A DNA stretch of 64,000 nucleotides from Octopus vulgaris (lineage: Eukaryota). The stretch spans positions 82,460,001-82,524,000 of the forward strand of contig OX597817.1 in the NCBI GenBank assembly GCA_951406725.2, in the 5' to 3' direction. This document shows, in pieces, positions 54,698-64,000 of this stretch. A program made the position numbers and the translations under genes. The notes beneath the pieces were generated by a model. It was not told the origin of the DNA. It was given only the letters and a program-made list of their open reading frames with translations, and did not search any database. Numbering within the stretch: the first letter of the stretch is position 1; the number at the start of each line of letters is the position of its first letter.

Positions 54698-54816
54698 CAG
54701 CCAGTAGGTGTCGCTTCCGACAATCTCTGTTCGATGGTTTTATTTACCTAGTTTCGCTGTTCTCTTTTAGAGAGACTGTCGGAACAGAGATTGTCGGAAG
54801 CGACACCTACTGGCTG

Positions 54817-54863
54817 GCTACGCTGCATTGAAAAGGGGCAATACCCCGAAATGCGTCTGTAGC
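54817..54863 (+). ncRNA. Minimal type I hammerhead, variant core (inverted copy 3)
   Basis: Same motif with stem III cgcg changed to tgcg. Confidence 0.7.
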
Positions 54864-55021
54864 TGCCGGTCAAGTAGTGTGGAGCGACTGACCTCCCTTG
54901 TTCGAAGGTTATATGGATACAGTTTGTGTATCAAATAGCTAACTTAAGGCGATGGCCTCATGGAGCTAATAAGCGGACAGCTTTATTCTTATTTTTATAA
55001 GAATGCCATATTATATGGCGA

Positions 55022-55262
<241 letters not shown>

Positions 55263-55278
55263 GACGGGCTTCTTTCAG

Positions 55279-56520
55279 AGCCAACCAGGTAGCTATGTTA
55301 CAGTAACTGGAAAAGGTTTGACTGCTAATATATTACAAGTGAGAGAAGTAAAACTAGACGAGAAGTAATTGAAAAAGTTCAACGAACTTATAGCAAAGAA
55401 AGGTGTCAGCCTGACGTTGACCCCGCCGAAAGAAGTGACAGAAAATACAACTAATGTTAATTATTGAAAATACAACTAAAGGACAGTAATTTATAGAACG
55501 CTCTCCACAGCAACTAAAAGGATCGAAATAGCTACGGCGGAAGCAATAGAAGTATGTCTAAAGGATATTAAAAACCTCACGACATTATATACTAGAAGTA
55601 AGAAATATGGCAGAGTGGAGGTTCGTTTCGCGAGCGAACAAGAACGATAAAGCACTCCACAGTACCGTTGATGTCGTTTGAGTGGGTGCTACTGCCAACC
55701 TACTGTAGCAAACGTGTGGCCAGAGTTAGGATTTGCAGAGTGTACAGTAGGGAAGAGAAAGAAGAAAGAGAGGGAAACGCGAACTCACCACCTAAGAGTC
55801 CGCTGGAAAAGAGAAAAGAAAACGTAGAGGAGACTCAGGGTGTAAGATCAGCTATACCAAGGGAGGAGAAATGAAGGTGCAGAAAAAAAAAGAAGATACC
55901 TGAAAGATGCCAACAACATTGAGTGAGAGAGATAGGTACCAGTAATATCAGAAGAGACTAATGATGGAAAACAGGAAGAAGTGCAGAAAGGAAAACACTT
56001 ACGGACTATGATAGAGTATAAATGAGGGCGGCGAGCTGGCAGAAACGTTAGCACGCCGGGCGAAATGCGTAGCCGTATTTTGCCTGTCGTTACGTTCTGA
56101 GTTCAAATTCCGCCGAGGTCGACTTTGCCCTTCATCCTTTCGGGTCGATAAATTAAGTACCAGTTACGCACTGAGGTCGATGTAATCGACTTAATCCCTT
56201 TGTCTGTCCTTGTTTGTCCCCTCTGTGTTTAGCCCCTTGTGGGTAATAAAGAAATATATGATAGAGTATTAAAAAAAGTGTAGAAATTGAAAAAAAATCA
56301 CCAAGATGAAACAGGTAATTATGGTTAAATTACTGGCGGATGAGCGTAACGAATGCGACCGAGCAGTCTTGCTTGAGAAAGAGAGAGGAGAGAAATTGAA
56401 GGAAATGCTTGGAGAGAAGATAGAAATATCGCCGATACAGATTCGGTTTGACGAGTTGCCACCTGTGGTGGCATTTCAGAATTTAATAGAGAATATATTG
56501 TAAATGAAATATTGTTTAGC
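55279..56520 (+). mobile_element. Degraded coding-like remnant, possibly LINE (L1/Tx1-type) ORF1, interrupted by a SINE
   Basis: Purine-rich and protein-like (YTRSKKYGRVEVRFASE; EWVLLPTYCSKRVARVRI), but no diagnostic motif. Confidence 0.3.
56026..56255 (+). mobile_element. SINE family B, full length and young
   Basis: Near-identical to 17207-17437. Flanked by the repeat tatgatagagtat (about 56008-56020 and 56257-56269), a possible TSD. Confidence 0.9.
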
Positions 56521-56868
56521 AAGAAAAAAATTTTAATAGTGACTTTTTAAAAAAATTATACAAAAAGAATAATGAGCTGAGTGTTAAATGTATACATAAA
56601 CAGTTAAATGATACTGTCTGCGAGTGGGGGGCAGTTAAGCCATTTCATTTCCATTTTCATAATTCATAATTTCATTCGCTATATGTTTTATGTACCCCAC
56701 TGTGTTGCATTATCTGTCCATATATTGTCTCCTCTTTGTAAGAGAATGTGTGCTCAAAATAAAGAAATAATGCGGCGTGTTTTTGACGGTCTCCCGTACC
56801 TAATGGTAATTATTGAATCGTTGATTTATCGAATTGTTACCTGTTATTTTGCCTAATTGTTTTCTTCT

Positions 56869-56901
<33 letters not shown>

Positions 56902-56902
<1 letters not shown>

Positions 56903-57630
56903 TAGCAGTATAGCCCGGCGTTGCTCGGGTTTGTTTTTTAGTTGCGCTTAAAACGGTATGTCACGTTAACAAAGTTTTGACATGGTTTCAATCTATGAAT
57001 AAAAGTATAGTGTGGCGATGCTCGAGTTTGCTCTGAATGTTCTGCAAATGTGTAATGCCGATTTCAATTGTTGGTATTGTTGGTTAATATTCCTTCTTTT
57101 AACATTATGGAGAAAAAAATTATCCGTAGATCTAAAGTAAAATGAAGTTCAAGTTTCTAACTGCACTGAAAATCTGTTAAGAAGTTAACACTGCAACAGT
57201 ATTCATTAAGAAAAAGTACAGGAAAATCCGTCGTTCGCTCAAAACCAATCACGTCACAAAAAAATTCTTTTCGACCCTTTAGAATTGGAATTTTTGAAAA
57301 GTAAAAGTTTTGCATTATGTAGCTTGTTATTCTCTTTAAGTGAACATTTTTCTGGTTGAAATACACCGAAAAATGGTGACACAGCTGTCAAAAAATCGTA
57401 AAAAGTAGGGATTTTCATAGAAAAAAAGCACTTTTTTGATGTAAATAATTTTTGGTCTTAACATGGTCCGATTTGATTTTTTTCTTCTACGGAAGGAAGA
57501 GCTAGCCTTCTTCTATTATACTCTCAATTTTGGTCAACTTGCACCACAGGGTCTCGGAGAAGATAGTGTTAGTTGAAGGCTACCAAACTTGCCACACACA
57601 CACACGGATAACTTCAGCTTTATATATATA
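56902..57630 (-). mobile_element. Non-autonomous Helitron in a TA tract
   Basis: The minus strand ends cccgagcaacgccggg-ctatactg-CTAG|T and starts tatatataaagctgaagtt..(GT)n. Confidence 0.8.
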
Positions 57631-58155
57631 TATATATATATATATATTACAGAGATGTACTTGCATAGCAAGGGACTACATCTGAAATCGTGTGCCGAAA
57701 CAAAAACAGTTTCAGCGTGGGAGATGTTTATAAGCCATTTAAGAACACACACACACAACATATATATATGTGTGTGTGTGTGTGTGTACACTCATAGAAA
57801 TAAATATGTATAGATGTATGTATATCTATCTCTATGTCTATCTTTCTTTTTCCTTGGTTGGCTAACAGTCTCCCCCGGTTTACATACACACACACGCACA
57901 CACACATACACACACTAATGTATATATCCATCGGAGAGCGGAATAAAATAGGTGTTTAAAATCTCTATTATAACAATTTAAATCACATAATCTTTACACG
58001 TGTTTCTCTAGCGTATATAAGTATGTTGTGCAATAACTTAGACGTTTGCACTATCAACTTAAACTGCAAGATCCTCGGAAGAAAATAATAGTTTAATCCA
58101 CTTCAGATGGAAGGCAGATGGAAGGCAGAACTAAATGAAACTTGATTCTAAAACT

Positions 58156-58194
<39 letters not shown>

Positions 58195-58470
58195 TAAATT
58201 AATGCAAAGTACCAGAATATTTTGTTCGATTGAACAACTAAAGTTTTCAAATGAATGGCAAGTGAAAACTAGTTCAGACAACTCTAGAATACATTCGAAA
58301 TTTATATACTAATTAAATAAAGAAGTGTTAATCGGTAAGATTTTAAAAACTAACACATAATTATTTGAAAATTAAAATGACTGCTGATGTAAGGAAGTAG
58401 AAAGCGAGATACTGTAATATAGAGAGTGTAAAATTGGACAGAGATATGAGAGAAAGAGCGGAAGCATACA

Positions 58471-58553
<83 letters not shown>

Positions 58554-58557
<4 letters not shown>

Positions 58558-58772
58558 AAATTTAGAGGAATGACCACTAAAGTGGACACACTATATGCTA
58601 ATAAGAGACGTCAAATCGTCATTAGCACGAAGAATGTGTCCTCAAAAAAAATGTCAGCAAAAAAAAAACATTTACATTTGGGTTTTTTGCTGAGATTTTT
58701 TCTTGAGAACACATTCTTCTATGTTTAGAATATAGGGTGTCCACTTTAGTGGTCATTCCTCTAAATTTTGTA
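58554..58772. repeat. ~220-bp palindromic element abutting (TA)n
   Basis: tacaaaatttagaggaatgaccactaaagtggacac / gtgtccactttagtggtcattcctctaaattttgta, plus inner arms. Confidence 0.85.
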
Positions 58773-58828
58773 TGTAACACAATTTGTAATCTTCGGACTT
58801 TTTAAAATATGCTAAGCCACTGGTTTTA

Positions 58829-59043
58829 GGCAGAAACGTTAGCACACCGGGCGAAATGCGTAGCCGTATTTCGTCTGCCGTTACGTTCTGAGTTCAAATT
58901 CCGCCGAGGTCGACTTTGCCTTTCATCCTTTCGGGGTCGATAAATTAAGTACCAGTTACGCACTGGAGTCGATGTAATCGACTTAATACTTTGTCCTTGT
59001 TTGTCCCCTCTATGTTTAGCTCCTTGTGGGTGATAAAGAAATA
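58829..59043 (+). mobile_element. SINE family B
   Basis: Near-identical to 56026-56255. Confidence 0.88.
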
Positions 59044-59736
59044 TATATATATATAATTTATGAAGGCAGAGGGATAGGTGTATAAATGTAAGAAAAAATG
59101 GAAAGTGAATGCGTGAGAGTAGGAGAAGGTAGAACTATGTGGACGAGTAATGGAAAGATGAACATGAAATATTGTGAAATATTGTATAAAAGAGAGACAG
59201 AAAGATCAGTGGAGGTTGTGTATAAAACAGAGAGATGATGTAAAACGTTGTTTGTAATTGTGCATATTGTATAGTACGAAGGATCCAGCGTGACGGAAAA
59301 TTATTAATTATTTAATGTACTGGAATACTGTAAACATATCAAAGGGACATGAAACAGATAAAATTAGTTAAATTAGTCGAATTGAAATTAATGCTAGAAA
59401 ATAACTCGCATAAAAATGTTATAAACAGAGAGATAGAATGTCGAGAGCAATGAGTAAAAGGAAATTAATGACGTAATTAAATAAAAATAAGACTATATAA
59501 AGAATTAATATAGAACATAGATAAATAAATAGAAAACCACTACATTATATTAATCGTTATATTGATGCAATCATATTACATAGCGATGGAGAAATCAAAC
59601 AAATAATGCTGTCTATATGGAGACACATTAGTATGTATCTATGTAATTTTACTTAGATACATATATAGATACATACATACATTCATACATACATACATAC
59701 ATACATACATACATACATACATACATACATACATAA

Positions 59737-60058
59737 GTGCACTCCGTCGGTTACGACGACGAGGGTCCCAGCTGATGCGATCAACGGAACAGCTTGCTCG
59801 GGAAATTAACGTGCAAGTGTCTGAACACTCCACAGACACGCGTACCCATAACGTAGTTCTCAGGGGGATTCAGGGTGACAGAGAATGAGACAAGGCTGGC
59901 CTTTTGAAATAGAGGTACTACTCTTTTTTTTACCCCAGATGAGTGGACAGGTGCAATGTGAAATAAAATATCTTGCTCAAGGACACAACGCGTCGCTGGG
60001 AATTGAACTCACGACTTTACAATCGTGAGCCGAATGCTCTAACCACTAAGCCACGCAC
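59737..60058 (-). mobile_element. SINE family D
   Basis: Reverse complement of 40656-40972. Confidence 0.85.
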
Positions 60059-60219
60059 CCTCACTATATACATACATACATACATACATACATACATACA
60101 TACATACATACGTACGTACAAACATACATACATACATACATACATACATACATACATGTGTGTGTGCATATGTCTGTGTGTGTAAATCTCTATGTGCATG
60201 TGTGTGTGTGTGCATACTG

Positions 60220-60524
60220 GCACTCCGTCGGCGAGTGTTCCAATTGATTCGCTCAGCGGAAGAGCTTGCTCAGTAAATTAACGTGCAAGTGTCTGAACAC
60301 TCCACAGACACGCGTACCCATAACGTAGTTCTCAGGGGGATTCAGTGTGACACAGAATGTGACAAGGCTGGCCTTTTGAAATAGAGGTATTACTCTTTTT
60401 TTTACCCCAGATGAGTGGACAGGTGCAATGTGAAATAAAATATCTTGGTCAAGGACACAACACACCTGTGTATATCGAACTCACGACCTTAAGATCGTGA
60501 GCAGAATACACTAAGCCACACGCC
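60220..60524 (-). mobile_element. SINE family D, second adjacent copy
   Basis: Body nearly identical to 59737-60058. Confidence 0.85.
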
Positions 60525-60538
60525 TTCACGTTATATAC

Positions 60539-60582
<44 letters not shown>

Positions 60583-60675
60583 TTATATACATGCATACAT
60601 ACAAAAATACATACATGCATGCATACATACATACATACATATATACATACATACATACATACATACATACATACA

Positions 60676-60710
<35 letters not shown>

Positions 60711-61619
60711 TAGAAGAAATGAGGTACTCAGAAATTCGGATGGTTTTATATTTACAGATATTTATTTGTATATTACATGTTTTTATACATCATATAACTT
60801 AGATCATATATTAGCGCTTTCTCCCATTCTAGTGGGGTTTTCAAATCGAACTAAGTTCAACCGGTTTTGCGTCTGAAGCTTCGTCGCTGAGGTACCCCCT
60901 ACTCGACCGGTCATCGGATACTCACCTCGCTGGCAATTGCCCAACATAAAATTTCTGATCCAATAGGACTTGCACAACACTTCACGGACCCTCTCCACCT
61001 TAGTGACATGATTAAGAGATCAGCCAGAGTAATATATCCACTGCCAATATGGGTCGCAGGCTAGGAATATGGAAGCACCATGATCTTAAGAGCAAGCAAA
61101 AGATCCCCAAAATGTTCACATCTGGTTTTATATCAAAAGGACCTTTTCTTAGAGACATGCTTTAGCAAAAGCTAAGAGGTGCCTCACATCCAGTGGTCTT
61201 CCAACACGCCAGACACCAACCTGGAATTTCTGAGGGCCCATGCGATTGTTAGATAATTGCCGAACCTACACTAGGTTCATCTATGCTTTTGATACGTCTT
61301 GTTTTTAGACCTGCGTTTCCAGCAATCCTCTTCACCAGGCAAGCCTAGTTAGGGTGCCGGTTTAGTCCCTGATGACCATACCACGCAACAGACTATCCCG
61401 GATTCTATGTTACCAGTAGCTCTCATGAGAGACCTTACAAGTGTCTAATACCTTAAATTGAAATAATTCATTACAGATGGTCGTATGTTTCGCACTGAAC
61501 GAGTTTGAGAAACGAATACGGTATTTGGTTCAACTCTTAGGATTTATAGTTATTTCTTTTACTTACCTGTGTTTTTAATTCATAACTAGATTTTCACACA
61601 CATACACAAATAAAAGTTT

Positions 61620-61668
<49 letters not shown>

Positions 61669-61685
61669 TGTGTGTATATATAGAT

Positions 61686-61885
61686 GTGTGTTTGCCTTCC
61701 CCACAAGCGCTTGACAACTGATGCTGGTACGTTTACGTTCCTGTAACTTAGCACTTCGACCAAAGATCCGATAGAATAAGTACTAAGCTTACAAAGAATA
61801 AATCCTGGGGTCAATTTGCTCGACCAAAGGCGGTGCTCCAGCATGGCTGCAGTCAAATGACTGAAACTAGTAAAAGAAAAGAATA
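61686..61885 (+). mobile_element. SINE module E
   Basis: cgcttgacaactgatgctgg...gatagaataagtact...gcggtgctccagcatggctgcagtcaaatgactgaaac. Confidence 0.8.
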
Positions 61886-61899
61886 AAAAATATATTTAA

Positions 61900-62065
61900 G
61901 CGCAGGAGTGGCTGTGTGGTAAGAAGCTTGCTTCCCAACCACATGGTTTCGGATTCAGTCCCACTGCGTGGCACCTTGGGCAAGTGTCTTCTACTATGGC
62001 CTCGGACCGACCAAAACCTTGTGAGTGGATTTGGTAGATGGAAATGGATAGAAGTCTGTCGTATG
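61900..62065 (+). mobile_element. SINE family C
   Basis: gcgcaggagtggctgtgtggtaagaagcttgcttccc...ggcaccttgggcaagtgtc. Confidence 0.85.
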
Positions 62066-62256
62066 TATATATGTGTGTGTGTGTATGTGTGTGGTTGTGT
62101 GTATGTATGTATGTATGTTGTATGTATGTATATTTACAACGATACATGCACCATGTACTTATGTAATATATATATTACTTTCTTGTCTAAGTGTGTGTGT
62201 GTTGTGTGTGTGTGTGTGTGTTGTGTGTGTGTAGACAGACAGTATTTATGTTTGTG

Positions 62257-62790
62257 TATCACTGGTATCTTCCAGTCAATACTGACAGAATGATCCAGGC
62301 TAATCGACCAGACATAATTATGAAAGACAAGGAAGAAAATACTTGTAGATTAACAGATGAAAGTGTTCCCACTGATAAAAATATAAAAATATATCTGTAA
62401 AGGAATTTGAGAAATTAAATAAATATAAGGACCTGAAAAGTGAAATACAAAAAAATGTGGCATCTTAAAGCAAGAACTGTTCTTGTTATTGTAGATGCGC
62501 TAGATGTGTTAAAAAAGGGATGTCGGAAACATCTAGATAGCATCCCAGGAGAACCATGCCTCAGAGAAATCCAAAAGATTGTACTGACAAATACTACCCG
62601 CATCCTTAGAAATAGCCTACCAATTTATATGTTTCTATTGTATTACATGAAAATAGTTCGCTACTACCCCTGCCGCTTCCTCTCCGCAAGTTTTCTGTGA
62701 TACTGTAATATTTCTTATCCTTTACTCGTCCTAGGACGCTGGGTGTATCCCGGCAAGTGATTGTAACAAACATGCAGATTAAAAGTAAAT
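62257..62790 (+). mobile_element. 5'-truncated R4/Dong-like element ending in (AAC)n(AAT)n
   Basis: IQANRPDIIMKDKEENTCRLTDESVPTDKNI, KYKDL.SEI, MWHLKARTVLVIVDAL...EIQKIVLTNTTRILR. Confidence 0.8.
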
Positions 62791-62839
62791 AACAGCAACA
62801 ACAACAACAACAATAATAATAATAATAATAACAATGAGA

Positions 62840-63025
62840 GGGAGAAGAAAAGGAGAAGGGGATAAGGAGGAGGGGGAGGATAAGAAGGAGGAGAAGAAGA
62901 AGTAGAAGGAGGAGGAGGAGGAGAAAAAGAAGAAGAAGAAGAAGAAGAAGAAGAAGAAGAAGAAGAAGAAAGAAGAAGAAGAAGAAAAAGAAGAAGAAAA
63001 AGAAGATGAAGAAGAAAAAGAAGAT

Positions 63026-63057
<32 letters not shown>

Positions 63058-63272
63058 AGGAGAAAAAGAAGGAAAAGAAGAAGAAGAAGAAGAAGAAGAA
63101 GAAGAAGAAGAAGGAAGAAAGAAGAAGAAGAAAAAGAAAAAGAAGAAGAAGAAGAAGAAGAAGAAGAAGAAGAAGAAAAGAAAAGAAGAAGAAGAAGAAG
63201 AAGAAGAAGAAGAAGAAGAAGAAGAAGAAGAAGAAGAAGAAGAAGAAGAAGAAGAAGAAGAAGAAGAAAGAA
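62840..63272. repeat. Polypurine (GGA)/(GAA)n tract of about 430 bp
   Basis: Directly visible. Confidence 0.97.
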
Positions 63273-64000
63273 GCTAATAGCTACTAGTTTAGGGTAAACG
63301 ATGAGAATGAGTCAGAAAGATAAAGAAAATATATTTAAAACCATAAGATTGTGATTAATGCTATATTTCAGAAAGTGAGCTAAACGAAACTGAAAAGGAA
63401 GGGTTAAAAAAAATGTCTGAAAGTAAGTCAAAAGGTGAAATAAAGTTAAATAAATAGATAGAGAGAAACACCTTGTGAATTATCGAGTTCAGGAAGAGAA
63501 TACATGAATAAATAAAAGAATAAATGAAAGGATCGAAAGGTTAAGATAAGGTTTGGGATAAATGAAATGTTTTAAAACATAGCCGAGTGTAGTGATGGAG
63601 AGGCTTGTGAGAATATATTGATAGTGAAGAGGCAAAAAAAAAAAAATAAGTGGAAGGAATAGTTGAGATAAGGGGGTTGAATGGGTGAAAATGGAAAAGA
63701 TGAGATAGGATATTACCAAAGAGTCGAAGAGGTAAAATCGAAATAAAACATAAGAGATAGCCAGATCTGGAGAGATTAAGAGACAACTACAGAGAACATT
63801 AATACCAAAGAGTAAGCGATAAGAGTAATAGTAATGTAAATAAAATAGTAATACAACGGTTAAAAAAATATCAGGAAGGCCATTCTCTTTGCTAAGGGTA
63901 ATATACGAAATAAACATAATAAAAGGATTTCTTTATGTAAAAGACAAAAATAAGGTAAAAACGGAACCATAAAATCTTTCCATTACTAGAAATCCAGAGT

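Noticed and set aside
54059-54756. CRISPR array or LTR retrotransposon
   Set aside because: No spacers, no TG...CA ends, PBS or internal region; eukaryotic context.
63300-64000. Hydrophobic 142-aa ORF on the minus strand or a LINE ORF2 remnant
   Set aside because: Compositional artefact of a purine-rich strand; no diagnostic motif found.

Overview
This is AT-rich, microsatellite-saturated animal genomic DNA. The SINE and repeat content suggests an Octopus-like cephalopod, which is my inference and not a database result. Almost all listed ORFs are translations of simple repeats. One host gene is supported: the 3' part of a cysteine-rich protein on the + strand, with 7 exons at 421-13392, all introns GT-AG and phase 1, and three micro/mini-exons. 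It encodes the C-terminal half of a VWC-like module, three ShKT domains and a short tail. The rest of the window is transposon debris: several tRNA-derived SINE families, Penelope-like RT/GIY-YIG remnants, a co-oriented cluster of R4/Dong-like non-LTR elements bounded by trinucleotide arrays, a CR1-like 3' end, mariner remnants, a Tc2/pogo-like MITE, a Helitron helicase fragment and non-autonomous Helitrons. The most unusual signal is a recurring class of non-coding tandem or inverted-repeat elements, mostly inside or next to (TA)n tracts. They carry minimal type I hammerhead ribozymes, several with atypical cores. The best example is a young 362-bp tandem plus inverted, retrozyme-like unit at 54059-55025. 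Coordinates of repeats were read by eye and are approximate.
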